From contig CM119383.1 of the NCBI GenBank assembly GCA_051294905.1, positions 8,122,001 through 8,186,000 of the forward strand: a stretch of 64,000 bases of DNA. The letters run 5' to 3'. Each line of letters opens with the position of its first letter. Position 1 is the stretch's first letter. The translations under genes and the position numbers were made by a program. Positions 35,101 to 50,100 of this stretch are shown here, piece after piece. This stretch comes from Botryllus schlosseri (taxonomy: Eukaryota). The notes beneath the pieces were generated by a model. That model was given only the letters and a program-made list of their open reading frames with translations. It made no database searches and was not told the DNA's origin.

Positions 35101-38100
35101 AATCCGACTCAAATTTCGATATTCCAATCCGGAGGAATATGAACGAAATGCAAGAGATGTTACGCGCTACGTAACTATATGACGTCATACTATTAGTGAC
35201 GGCACAAGGGCTGTAATCTGAAAATTATAGAGAATTGTATTTTCTTGCTGTCTGTATACTTGTTAACGGTGCTGCCAGATTTTAAGATGCTTTTTCCCAT
35301 GCCCTTTTCAATTTGGAGTGGACACTTGTAAATTACGGGAGGTTATCTTATTAGTTCTTCTCGATAACCATTCACGTAACGTCAAGTCCTGCCCGCGCTG
35401 CACGGTGTTTTATTGAGTTTATTGGTGAGTGTCTCTTGAAAGTGTTGACGAGTGGCCCTTCAGGCTTGCTGGCAACACTGGAAAACAAGATCCCGCGGTG
35501 TGCTGGTATGTGGGTCGAGAATGGTGTGACGAAAATTGGAATTCATGACGCCTGGCGTTTCTATAACTTCGTTGAAGCATCCAGTACTCGGCTGCGAAAT
35601 AGAATTCCGGTAGCTCCGCTGATACATAGAATACATAATACAGTCTGCTTTGCAAGACTTGTAAACAGAGATAATGCTCCGCAGTTAAAGCTTCTTACTT
35701 GTCGCGATCATGCGATCGCTGTACAAATCAGATATCAGTCGACACGGATATTCCTCGCTAAAGTTTCATAGTAGCGCCGCATCTTTCATACTGTGTCACT
35801 ATCCGCTCAAGTGCCTACTCGAAACGCGGATCGCATGTCCGTTTCTCATGAGTTATTCACCGACGTGTTTTTCTTAACTAGATGTCTAATTGGATCATAT
35901 CTATGTGTTCCCATACGCTGTCGCATGCCTTGTTGGTACTAACAAAATAAAGGGCGCTTCGTGATGGATTGATACCCTGGATGTGTACATCTGTGTTGAT
36001 GACTGTGTTGTGTGTGTAACTTCCCGATACTTATCCACTCGTGAGCGAAAATCTTCTCGTGAAGTATCCGAGCTTTTCTATTGCGAACGCTGCAGTGAAG
36101 TTGCAAAAACACGAACGCTATTATGCTCGCTTTTATTGCTTATTTTTGGAAAATGGCTCATTTCTTTTCAAACGTGTGTGCAATCTGTGCATTGTGATTT
36201 GAAATTTTGCTTTATACTAGCCTACTTATATTTCATTATTATGCAAATGAAATATTTATCCTACTTTTAGCGTGTCGTTTTGATAGTGCAAACGTTATCT
36301 GCTTATTGCGTTTCTGTGTACCCACCTGTTGACTCGCAAACGACCCGGGGTGTATGGTGCGGAGCTTTTCCCATCAGGATAATCCCGCACCCGCGTGTTT
36401 GCCCACCTTCCGTCTGTGCCAAGAATACGGATTTAAGGATACGGAATGGTTTGAAATTTAACCCGCGTAGTTGCGAAAATCGACTTCCCATCTCTTTTAA
36501 TCCACCCCGACCCTACGTTATCAGTGTTTCATATACAGATACAAGAGCATCGCTTCCTTTCGGAGAACAATTAGTCTTCCACAGCCGACCGCGCGTGCAC
36601 TTGTGCAGATAAAAAGCGACCGTTTAGATATCGATTGGATAAAACAGTCCGAAAGAATAGTCCAGTCGGTGATTAATTGCGTTTTAATAAATCGTGTCTT
36701 TGAAAGGGTTACGGTTGATTAGAGGCCACAATGAATGCTTTCGTCTCGTGCGCGAATGATCGCCTAACTATCAATTCAATTGACCGTGCTGTTAAGATCG
36801 AGGCTTCATTAGTTTTATGATGTTACACTTGCGCCTGGCTGAGCCGTCCAGTAATGTCTTTGATAAGTTGCGTTACGTAGTTGTCGCATACCGGCGTTAC
36901 CCGATGCGTGAAAAACGATAACGAGGGTTTGATGGGTCGCTAGCAAATATATCAAGCGAAACGTTCACTTCGTTAAATATTTTGTTCCCGTAATGTACCC
37001 AATCGATCTAAGTCTTAATCCGTCTTTCGATATCGCCACACCTCGCTCTCGTCAGCTGCGCGAATATCAACACATTATTCCGAAGCAATGCCGCAGAATA
37101 CGGGAAACGCGTGGAGGATTCAGAACTGTTAGACCCCTTGCACAAAATTCCTATGTTATACAATATTCATTCACAAGCCATATTCCGTACGTTAACCGGT
37201 TTCGTATAGGTGAGGCATTTGTATGTTCAAAATGTAGCGCTGTTTTACGGCAATTCAATGAGAATTGTATTAAGTTTACACTTGTACTACAAGCTGAAAT
37301 AAACATACCAAGACATTTTGTAACATTGTTTCGCCTTGCCCGAGAGCAAAATGCATTGGATTCTCCCCCACAAGTCTATAACGATCAGCAGTGTGTTCGG
37401 ATCTTCGGAACTTCTGTGTTATGGTCATATTACAATGCGCGGTACATTCGGCGAAGCGACGCGACCCTGTGAGTCAACGGGGTTTGTGGGTAAATTGCAG
37501 GGTGCAAGTCTGCCAAAATATACAATGACATACCGCACGATTTTAATGTATGACTAGTTCGCACAATAACAACATGTGATGCCAATCATACGATAGGATT
37601 CGTTGAAAATGCGGCATACATGTCGAATATACGCTTCGGGAAAGTAGCCCAACTAGTTGGACCCGCAGTGAATCGCCCTTATTTCAAAGTTGACCCTTCA
37701 CAGCGTCTCCGTTATTGTCGCAGCTTTGTAATACGGATGCAACAAATCGCTTAACACGCCTAAGGCTATTTTTGCTACTATTAACTTTGCAATGCCAGCC
37801 TTATTACGCTTTATCCTAACATTCATCGCCATTTTGACAGATATATGTGGAGTAATTTGTCCCGGCAGTGGGTGGCAGTATTTGGCACGTGTCTTTGTCT
37901 TCGAAAGCTCGTAAAACGATGTAGTGTAAGGATATCCTTGTGGCAGATTACATCTTTTATCGCGCTGATGTTGACCCTGTAAAGGACGCCGGTGTTTACG
38001 TGAATGTAGTGTGCTATCGTCTTTCGTGAAATGATATCAAATCCCAGTTTACGTGTAAAATAATTCGTGTATTGCTGAATGTTTTTCCGACTAGACCAAA

Positions 38101-41100
38101 AGATCCATACATTGACTCTTATTCGTTGGAATGCATAATGACTCTTTCGGTGTTTTATATGACTTTGGAACTATAAGTGTTTCTTAATGAAAACAGCATT
38201 CCCGGGAAATTACATTGTGACATCTCTAAATCTGATTTGTGTGTGGATGTGAAAATTCCTTTTCATGCGCATGCGCATAGTAATGGTTCTTCATTAACCG
38301 CATTTATACAAACCAGATCAACAACCGAAATAAAAACGCTGCAAGTTACGTCCCAGTCATCATTCCATTCAAATGACTTATATTCCGAAACAGGCGTGTG
38401 GTGCATCCGAGGCTATCAATGGTATTTGGATGCCGGCTCTGCAGCGGTATTTTGCATTTCGCGGGCGTATAAACTCGGAAGTATATCTTGTCCGAGACAC
38501 GAAAACGCCTCGCTTATACACAGACCTTGACTTATACAAGCGAAATATTCGCTCCAGATCATATTATTCATAGATACGCATCTAACTTCCCGGACATGAA
38601 ACAATAATCGATCAAGGGTCGGCTAACATTTGATACCTTAGCTTGACTTGATCGCTATCAAACTTCGCAAAACTTCGTAAACAACGGGTCCGTTACATCA
38701 ACGCGTCGCGTATCGGAGACTTATCTTGAACTAACTGACATGAGCTATAGGTCGTTATGCGTGTGATACAGAGCACTGCAATTTAAAGATCACTCCTCGT
38801 CGCCAGGGAAATTCTACGAGGTATCCAATCGCGCCTTCGGGAGGGACCTGATTGCGGAATCGTTGAATTTGTGACGTCATATTGAAACAGTCACGGCATC
38901 TTTAATTGTCAGTGATATTTTTCCCGGACTTTTTTGGGCTTTTCTTCGAACTTGACTGTCATAATACTTGTTGTAATGAAGCTGGTCCGCAAACGGACAA
39001 GGGTGATGTAAAACAGTCGTGTTGGGTTTCCATACGTGATGAACTCATACGCTTAGGTGCTAACTTACGAGATGCAGACGCGAGTGAAAATTTGAGTCGA
39101 TTTTCATTCTTGCATCATTGTAATTGAAATGCATTTCATTAATATGCAAAGCGCTGTCATCGAAATGTACGAGGTTTCATGACTAACAAAATGAAAGGTA
39201 TTTCTATACTCTAGTAACCAGTACACTCGTTGTTACTGTAGTTTACGAAATACAGTATTAACTACGATTAATAATAGTTTGCTGTCACGCTCTATGGAAG
39301 CAATCCAATAATTAATTGAGGGGATTATATCATAAAGGCGAAGTAACCACCTGACTAACAACTCATCCCGTTCGCGCAACACCTGAGATTAAGTTACTGG
39401 TGCAGTACTCTTATTTGAATGAGTACCAGCACCGGAAGTAGATTTCCGAACAGTATCTATCGCTCATAGTATTGCAGCCAATAGTTTTTGTTTAGCAATG
39501 ATCATGGGGAACACGTATCCATTTTTATGTTTTCGGAAAATCAATAATGCAATATCCATTGCGTAGCACGATGTAAAAGTGTCGCACATATAACGCGCAA
39601 GTGCACGGCGGCTTATAATGTCCTACTCAAACATCTAATCTCTCATCAGAGATTACAAGACACAAAGGACCCGAGTATAAGACAACCAAATTGCTCCGCG
39701 AAATGAAAAGAAAACGGGAGTGCACGGTTTCGAATGCAGCCTCCGAGTCTTATTAACATTCCAAATCGGTGATCTCTGTGTATTAGGGCAACTTGTAATC
39801 TCCGGGCTTTCTGTAATCCGCGGTGGCTGCGCGAATAAATCCTTTCCATTCGAGTGGGAAAATAGAACAGATTGTGCAGGTCTTAGTTCTGCTACTAGGG
39901 AGGCTCCGGGCTTAATCGACAATCAAACGGTAGCGACACAGTGACAAAAGCTAGATTTTCTTCTCGGATGAAATTCGAAAATGCCATGAAATCTAAATTA
40001 CGAGCTACAAGAGCATCCTGTTGCGATCGGCATTCACGAATCCCACAAATCCCTTGTAAACTAATGCTAACACAGAAGATAACAATCCGCTTCTCAGCGT
40101 GAAGCTTGAGCTCGATTTCCTGCTGGTGGAAATTATGATGTAATACTTCTTACCGCTGGAAATATGGCTTCCAAGTAAAACGAAATATGTGTTCGGATCA
40201 ACGGGCATGCCCAAGCGACTTAGCGTTTACGGGTATCTTTTTGTTTTGGGGACGTACTTCGTATCAAGTTCACCAACGAGATGAAGTTGTTGGCGGTGTC
40301 ATGACACCAGTCGCAGTTGTGACCCAAAACTGGTGACGAAAGAATTCTATGAACTAAACTGCGAAGTTTCAACGATTTCCAGAATTGCCACCCATGTTGA
40401 AATTTGGTAATGGCGTATTAAATTCACAATGCTATTTCGCGTGACGCGTAAACTTGGACTTGAAAACGCACATTGCATCAACACATTCTCAAATAACGCC
40501 TCGTTGTTGCCTGCAGTATAGTTTTCCCACAACGGTACATATCGCCAATGGTGTTCGTAATCTGCTAAGCGTGAATTGAACACCAATGTCCAATACCTAT
40601 GACCTTGGGACATGTATATGACCTATGTGTAGGTGGTATTACAGTACAATAAAACCAATTTTAACAGAGCTATTTCTAGTAAAATATACGGTATTGTTAT
40701 TTCGCGTGAATTTACGGGTACGTTTATGCATCAATTTATGTATTACTGTTACTAAGTGGGTCAGATAATACTAGAATTATTATATAGTGCTAAACTATAA
40801 GTACCTATAGCTATGTATACAAGTATTCTGTTTATTCCCGTTGACAAAGAAATAAATCTCTCTCTCTTAATCGTATGAACAGTCTGGTTGGTGTGTCTGC
40901 GTCTAGAGATCTATGATAACAAGGTTGTTGTGTTGGAGATACAGAGTATAGTATACAGTCGATTGTCAACTGTCTATAACCGCAACCCGTGTATTCGCTA
41001 CCCCACGGCTGCAGCAGTGCTGCAGTACCAATACTTTGCGATTATTTGTCGCGATTGACGGTCTTTGTTCAGAACTGCCAATAATTTCGACCATTGTAGT

Positions 41101-44100
41101 AATAACTAGCATGGTTGCTAGGATACATATCCGTTATTTATAACCCGCTATGTCGTCACAAGTAATTTTATCCCTATTACGTTAATAATCGTCACTATTT
41201 GAGTATTTACGACGTGACTATGCACAGTTGATATTGAACTGAATCTGATTGGTATTGGTCGTAAATTAGATAAATACACAACGTATCCGTACGACTAATC
41301 TGCAACATAATATATAGATCTGGTGTCATTATATGTTCCGGGCTGTTTGTTATTCTTTTCGGCGGCGTGACCATTCCGACGACTTATCGCGCAACATTGT
41401 ATATTTATTTAATCTCAATCCGAGCACGGCCTGATATATATTTAATTCGATGAAGACAGGTTTACGACTTACATATTCGTATCCAGCGCCATAATGAGCC
41501 GTTTTTGTTGTCGATTACCGCCGCCGTGGCAGGGATTGAAGCCGAGATACCGCAAATGGATGTTTTCTTAACGATATTTACAGCCATAAAGGCCTTCGTG
41601 TTTATCCGATCGCGTAGATCTGCCGTCCGACACCGGTGCTGGGAATTTCTGACGGTGTGTTTGTGCGCCACGTCGTATTTTATCGCTTGCATCGGAGCGC
41701 CTTTCTTTTTATCCAGCTCATAGTCGTGTGCGTCTGGAAATATCGTGATATGTAAATTTTATCAATCAAATCTTTGATATGTCCCCGTAATCCGAGAACG
41801 CTTACTCCCGGGTATCATACGGTCATTATGCTCAGTTCTATTTTTCTAACATAATGTATCATATTCTATATCGTCTGTTCGTCTCAGGGATATCCCTGGT
41901 TCGTCTGTATGACGTTAGCGATACAAAAGTGAAACCGATATTTTGTCACGTGACCGCTCTAAGAAGGAAAAACTTCGAGGATTCGTTACTGCTTCATTTT
42001 GACGTCATAATATTTCGAACCAACAGGACAGCAGCGATAACACCCCGGCGTGCATGCTGCTTTATTTTACAATTTAATATCAACAAATATTTCTATTTAT
42101 TTCCTCTCAATACATTGTCACGCTGTGGGCTATAAGCAACAAGCTGGTCTTGGCGTCTTAAAATGCATAATGAGCGCAAGCCTATACACGATATATTCGA
42201 GGACCTCATTAAATTATCACTGCAGCGTTGTGTACCGTTCATTGAGAAGAGATGGTGTACTCCTTCACTATTAACTCACCCGCGTATATTGTATGACCAG
42301 GTGGAGTGGTCCATTGTGAATTTAGTTACCAACCATCGTCCCATTGTTCTTATTTGTTGGCTGTTGTGTTAATGGGTGGAGCTTTCCATTGTCGGAATCG
42401 GTGCGCATTATTTTGAAATTATTCGCACACACGCTTCATCGGCAATGTGTGCCCCGGCTCATATCCCCTTCCTATACATCGTTCGAAATCCCCCGTATAC
42501 GGTTTCTGCCTTGTTTATTTGCTTTCGAAATCAGCTTTGTAAAACGAAGACCAATGTGCGCCAACGGGTGTTTATCGAGGCTGTTTAAGTCGCCATTAAC
42601 TCGGCGGTTAATCTTCGCTTATCGCGCCCCCGTTAATCTTAACTTGTCTTGCTTGCTCGAAGGGGAATTGTTTCAATTTCGGGAAGTTCGGTGAGGGATC
42701 ACGGCTCTTTAAAACCGACCGCATTGACGTGACACTGGCTAATACTCGTATATCGAACTGCGTATGTCTGAACCATGTATTCACAACATTCATGAGAATA
42801 CGAAGCGTTCAGGTTCGTGGCCAGCACGGACAAAAGAGTCCGAGGACGCGTGAATTACTTCCTACTATTTTTTCTCCCTTGATTCATCTCACTATGACAT
42901 GTATAAATGGCAAATAATGTTTTCAAGTCAACGGTATATTGACAGCGCAAGGTCTCCATAACTTTCCGCGGTAAATGTCGAATGTTTACTGAGAACTCAT
43001 AAAATTTGCAATGAACACAACAGCTATTGATGGATTCCTTATTCAAAATCACCAATTCAAATTCCGATTTAGCACTATATTACAAGAAAAATCATTGCGA
43101 TACAGAGTAACATCTTTGAAGTAATAGTATGGCCGCCTTATCTACTTGTTGTAATAATCCATACAGAGATTGTAGACTTGATTGACCCGATGTACCTTAC
43201 CTCGTTTTGTTTCAATTCATAATATGAAATCGGTAATGGCACTTTTTCCTGAATTCGGGGACCCGGCGCAAAAGCGTTCAATCATTAAAGCACCCAATGT
43301 CACATGAGATTACCGCTTCGCATCCGCGTAGCCCAAGGGCAATCATCTTGGCAGGGCTCATCTGCGTTAATCCTTTGGCAAACTTGGGAATAAAACTAAC
43401 CGCTCGGTGAAGATTGCTCTGCGCCTTGTCAGCGCTTTGCTTGTTTGATAAGAATTGGGTTACTTGCGTCTCGCTATGAATGATGGGCTTTATCAGTTGT
43501 CATCTTATCTGGTGATAAATGAGCTGAGGTCTTCACCGTGTCAGGTGAACGCCGCATACCGATATGGCAAAATGTGCCAGATAATGTCATTATTGTTCAA
43601 GCGCAGTGTCTCGAATGTCACACGGAATGATCTTAAAGTGCAGATTATCCGAATTTTGTTTGCCCTGGTTTCATGAATTGTCAATTACGACCATATATCA
43701 TTTGATGGTTATCCGCTGAAACATATTTCTCGTGAATTCTTGCGTTGATTATTTTGCAATAAGGCGTATACGGTAGCCTAATCAAACTAAGTGCCGTGTT
43801 GAAGTGGCTGTGCAAATTATTTTTAGATTTCTATTGCTATTTATCAGCGAACCCTTCCCAGTTGTTAGTTTATAGGCGGGAAATTGCTTTCGGAACGTGT
43901 TCGCATGGTTCTCCTACAACTCAATTCTCCTGCTTAGTACAAATTTTGTAGACTACATTGCTTCCTTATCATATCCAATGTACAAATTTGTACGTGTATA
44001 CGTGAATGATACTTTGGGGTTCTTGTGTGCCATGGTGATGTGACTGTGAATCCAGATAATCAATATCTACCTTACATTGAAGGTAGAATCACTATGATAC

Positions 44101-47100
44101 ATGCATGTCCTGTTGGGGTTTGCCATGCGAAGGTAGTGACTGTATTTGGCTTGTTATGTGACCCAACAAAGGGTTGAAAATAACGGTCAACTGTGTTGTA
44201 CATCAAATCCTTTCTGTAATTAATAAACTTTTTGTTGTTGCTTGTACAAAACTTACACACGAAAAAGTACGAGTGTACGTCGTTACCACTACCTCTGGCT
44301 CCAGACATCTTGTGCAATACGGGTTCGTGCCTCTGGTCATTTCTGGCACTTTACGTACGGTCGCGTGTACTTATCGCGAGCAATGTCGGAATGCATTATT
44401 GATTCTTCAATCATCGTAAAAGTCGATATCGACGCGGAAAGCTAGAGTTTAAAATACTTGATAGTCGCCAACCACTATTTGTTCATCACATGCCTCGCTT
44501 TTACCCAGCCAAGTCGTTTCGATTTAGTTGCATCTTACATGTTTCCTCACCACGTGTGGCAGGTTAAAATCGGTCTCATAGCACGTTATATAGGCCGCGG
44601 TGACAATACAATCCGGAGCGTGCTCGTGATGTATGTAAATACCCTCAACAACTAGACGAGTTTATGAAGGGAAGGTCACAAAAAATTGTCCACGCCTTCT
44701 TATTTATTTTCAAACAGCATCACAATCGGAGTCGATTGATAAAGATCACACGACACCTACCGTACCATAGAATATGTGCACCGTTCAAAACTCGAGGGCC
44801 GGATTATCCTTCCTATTATGCTCGCCTCATACTTGGTGTACCGTTTCGTATTGTTTGCTATGGGAAGCGACCTTTATAAATTGACACCTGATCCCAACAC
44901 TCCATGGGAGATTTCGTATCATCCGTTTGAGTACGTACGCGATGAATAACTGCGATAACGAATAGGAGAAATCTCGTCGTCTACTTGGCGGAGTGCATAC
45001 GGTGCTTGAGTTCAATAAGTATCCCGTAACTTGAATGTATTGAGTCACGCACAGTCAATGAATTATTATGAATCCGTCACTGGCTTTATGATATATCTAG
45101 TTTCAATAGTATAGCAATCGTCTGTAAAGAATTGACTTGATGTTACGTAGAGACAAATTGAGTAGGTTTAATCTGCGATAATTTTACGCGTGACACCTCA
45201 AAGTATAGTCCAAACATGACTTGATACCAAAAATATTCACATTAGGCTAATGCAGTGTGTAATCCGACCGCGAGACAAATTCGATTTACGTTCGAGATTT
45301 GATGGAGATGAGATCGGTGGATTTGCGGCATGCTTTCTAGAATTGGTTTCTATAATGTTACATAATGTTTGTTGATAGATTTAGATGTCTTTTGTGGCGC
45401 AGTCATTTTCTCCTGACGCGTTGCGAACATGACTTTTCACTCTCCGTGTTTGTGGTTTTGTGTGTTGAATATCTGCGTCTCTTATCGATATGATATTAAT
45501 GACTTCAAAGCGGTTTTGTGCGTACTGCAACTGAGTATATCCAGTGATTACCCACCCATGTTCATAACTTCAACTGTTATAGTATTGTCTAATTCGTTCT
45601 TGTACTGTTTCGATATACGATTCCGTTGACTTCGTTCGGACTCTAGAGACAATTCTTTTGTTACGTCACACATGCGTCATTGTTTCCCTTTCGTCTGCGA
45701 CATATCTTCCCGTATCAAGTTTAGTGTTAAGTAATGTGGGGTTATAGGACACGAGATATCCCAGTGTCTTGCCATCTATGCGATACCGAATGAATCATGA
45801 AGGAGTAACGGTGCTGGTGACCTCGATCGACACGCGCTAGCGACCGTCAAAGGTGCCGGTACATTACCAGCGTGCTTTCCGCGTTTGAGATACTGTTTTG
45901 TTGTCCTGACCTTGGACGAGAGTGCCATTTGTCTTTTTGGCTGCCCAGCATAATCCGATGCGGTCTCCGGTACTGTCTGCGTTGGTTAATCGACGTAGCG
46001 TCTCTATATTGGGTAACTGCGACATTCCGTAGAGATTCTGGGCTTACCAGCGGTGAAACCAAATCTATTTATGTATACTTCTCGTTGGTATTGGCACCTG
46101 CGATTCAGACAATTTTAAGTTTACTCATCGGAGACCCCAAAATGTTGCAGTAGGCTATATCTGTTTGGATAAAATCTGAGGGCCTCAAATGATCGTTTAT
46201 ACTCAAGCAGAAGTAGAAGTTATGTACGCAAGTACAAGTAGCCTTAGCGATGTTCAAGTAAGTAAGTATTCTATAGGTCTAGTTTGTCAATAAAACTGAA
46301 AACTGTGAAGTATAAATATTCTAAAATCATAACCTCTTGAGTAGGTAGTGCAAATAGGCAAAATTTAGTTAGGTACTCCGGAAAAAGTATAATTACTTCG
46401 TTCGTGACCAGCTCTTGTCCTACTGTTTCGAGGGGGCAATTTCGAAGTTGATTTTTTTCGAGTTTTTCATCAATAGTAATAATCCACCCGTGTCAGTCTG
46501 TCATCCGAGGACAGGGTCAATCGCTGGGTGCGCGCGCATCTCACGTTATCACCTCTTCAACCCAATGTATATACGCTGCGTATCAAACACGGTTCGTCTG
46601 CTATAAGGATTTATGTGACATTCATTAAAGCTAATGTTGAGATCGTACTGTCACGCTTGACTTTTCTGCTAATTGATCACGGAAACGATCTGGAAAAGCG
46701 TTTGATGGCACCCAAATTCCTCGCTAGATTAAACGAAAGGACCATGGACAGCGTTTTCTCATTGTCAATCACCCATAGGTAATACTACTGCAGTCCGAAA
46801 GCGAATGCCTTATTTTGATTCACTTTATTAAGAATCCCCTACCGCAAATATCACCGGAACGGCGCCTACCTATCTCGCGCAAATTGATAATCTTTTGTCC
46901 TGTAACCGCACGGACAAAGGCTGTACTCTGTTTTTCACCCCTCCATAAACAATCGACTTGTGTGGCCCCTGTAACATAAGGCTCCGCGGATATTATATCG
47001 CCAGTCACATGCAATCATGCATAAATGAAACACATCTCCTGCTGTGTTACCGTTCTGCTGTGATTCTTGATGTGATTATTGTCGTTATAAACATAGGGGC

Positions 47101-50100
47101 TCAGTTGTGAAGTACTAACATAGGGGCTCAGTTGTGAAGTACTTCAACTTTCTCCGAGTAATCACGTAGGTGATGCCTACTTGTAATTGTTCTGCTCCCT
47201 CAAGAGATAATGATTTATACTACTTTCACTGCTACTTTATAGTTTTTATGCAAACTATCTACTTTTTACATTTTTGATTTTGTAAAGCATAAACTAATTT
47301 GGGGATATGCCTACATCACCACGTTTATCAGCGAAATGGTCATAACAAGTTGACGAAAGAGCGCCTATGTCATGATAACTGAATATATGTTCAAAAATTG
47401 CAGCGATTTTGTCGTATCAATCATGGTCGGTCATTTTTCGTCAGTCGCCAAGATGAACCTGTAATTTTGATCGGATATGATTTTTGAAACTATACTTAAT
47501 GCTTCAGTACTTTTAAGATTCGCATTATCTACTTCTTGTAGAAGTAGTTTTACCATGTCTTTGAAATTGCTACTTCGACTTGTAATTGTGTAGAAATTTA
47601 CGGCGGCACTTCTAATTCTACTCGAGTAGCAGCGCTGAAGACTGAGACCACCTCTGGTTCTAAATCACAACTGCGAAGGGAAATTAGTCTTTAAGATAAC
47701 AAGCTATAACACGCGGCGTTGTAACAACAGTTTAAGGTGTATCTCATCCAATGCTGTACCCAATTACGCGCATGAAACTTCCGCTTGTTATTCTGCGAGT
47801 GACCAAGTCGACAAGGGTGATTAGCAAACACGTCGGTTTTAAGGCGTGATGTTTTTATTCTATTGAGGATTTAATCTGAAACATGTCTCATAAATTGGAT
47901 TGTTGTGACGGCTTCCGAGTGGAATTTCGCAGAAAATCTATTTCTTATGCTTTCTACGTCACACTGGCATTTGTTCATGTCGAGCAATTTCGGGCTGAGT
48001 ACTTTTGCGGTTCGTGCGTACTTCGTGACGAACTTGCAAGTTAGTGCCGCACACGTCCTTCGTATTGAACCGTGATGGCCTCTGCTGTTGGTAGATGCGC
48101 CGCGATCAATAACTTTTATTGTCTTCAAGTGTATAAGTGGCGGTGTGATAAGGATACTCCCCGGCTTTTAGAAAGTCGTACGCCCCCACAGGGCAATCGA
48201 CACTTTGTTATGAAAAGTGTGCGCATTCTCGACGCACCAATTGTAAATAGGCCGTAACTAAAAGGCTGTTTTAGCCCGATATCTGTTATAATACACGATA
48301 TCTTAATGTTCTTACTTCGAAGAGTTGGTGACGAGAAAATGTCAATTATTCACGCCAATATTCGTTTCCGTGACAAGGTCTGAAAATTGTGGTTGTTTCC
48401 GCGTCATCTGCTCTAAGTGGCGATCTTATCTCCTTCTCGTATATAAAGCTGGTCCCCCCGAACGCGTCGGAAAATTTATTTTCGGCGTTTGAGGTTCTAG
48501 TCCAGCGATCACTACCAATGGATATCAAAAAGATTTTCTAATCAAGTTAATATGTCTGTACAACGCCTTAACCGTTCATCTATCCCATCCGCTTCTAGCA
48601 CCTTTCGATATAGAAATCCTCAATCGCTTTTCTCTAGCCTGAAATGTAGTCTATAGCAAGTTGAAGGGAAAATCTGTAATCACCTATTTTATTGCTCAAC
48701 CGGAAGGTCGCATATCATGGAAGCATGGCTCTTGATTTTCAAAGCGAGCCCTGTCCAACAACAGCATCGCTCAATACACGATACCTATTCTCACAACTTT
48801 TTTTCGGTAACGCATCCTGTGCATGTGTCTGCGTTTTCACATTTTCTCAAGTACCAAAATTGCGGCACTCTAATTACAGTGGAATCCCGAGTTTTCAGTC
48901 GGTTTTGATACAACTGAAAATGCACATATGTGCAAGCGGTAAAAATCAAAATCAAGTAAGCATAATGCGTGTTTGGTATGCAAGGACAGGAGAAACCCAA
49001 AGCAACGATTTTTCGAACAATTCATTGCAACGAACAGCACATTCATATTCGCAATTTATTCACTATAAGCTTTTCAACTGACCCTCGTCGGTAGTGGCCG
49101 TCAGTATAACACGGAGATTGCAATACGAAATATAAAGATGAAATAGGTAGTGTGACGTAAGAATGGTATAACAACAACAACGAGAGAATTCACCTAACGA
49201 TTCAATAGGGAACATATCACCACCTATCTTAGACCCTGGTGCGTCTTTTCTGGCCTATGATGTTGAAGTTCACCCTTGACCGCATAAAGTACAGACAAGT
49301 CTAATAATATATTTGTGAGACATCACGAAAGAGACACCCGGGGCCTACGAGGCCCCGAGACACCCTTCTTAACGGTGCCTATCTTTTTTTTCATGTGCTC
49401 CACGCGAACAGACTTGGGAGGAAGATTAGCTATTTGTAAGTATCACCTCACCGCTCGTTTTCTCAAGCGGAATAATAATTGGCTACGTTCTTTGCTACAG
49501 CGAAACCGAGATTCACGAAGCCCGCGAAAATGCGACGGAAACGCCTCACGAAGCCTTCCAACAGCATGCTAAAACTGAGATGCGCCGCTTCCGGACATCC
49601 GAGCCCTCGAATCGAATGGTATGTGAAAGTTGGTCAAATGGGTCGAAAATTTCTACTCGAGTGCATATATAGGTAACGATTTCCGAGACTTGTCAAAACT
49701 ATTTCATATGGAAGTAGAAAATAAAATTCTCAAAAGTACTCAAGAGAATTGTTTCAAAAAGTAGATTTGAGCGAAGAGACGGATAATTTTAGAGGTGAAT
49801 CGTAGTCAGGAATAAATAGTTTTGAAATTACGAGATGCATCTTTGCGACTAACGGAAAATTATTAATGACGCCACAAATAGGCGCAATATTCGAAAATAA
49901 TGTCAGTTACCCTGGCGCAGGAGCTATTTCACTTGATTGGTAGAGGAAGTGGCGAGATAGCGTGTCGTGGTATAATCCACAGCTGCAAGACCAATAGATG
50001 CACTTTCGCGTCCGACCGAGGTCGATTCCAGAATTCCTACCTAAATATTGGAGGTTTATCTAGGCTTCTCATCTTCATCACATCAGGTTAAGCGGTGTAT

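Noticed and set aside
36993-37472. 159-aa plus-strand ORF in the large FGFRL1 intron
   Set aside because: No recognisable domain, composition typical of random intronic ORFs, and no fitting splice sites identified.
47091-47143. Direct duplication of AACATAGGGGCTCAGTTGTGAAGTACT
   Set aside because: A simple local tandem duplication at the edge of a decayed MITE; nothing further supports a function.
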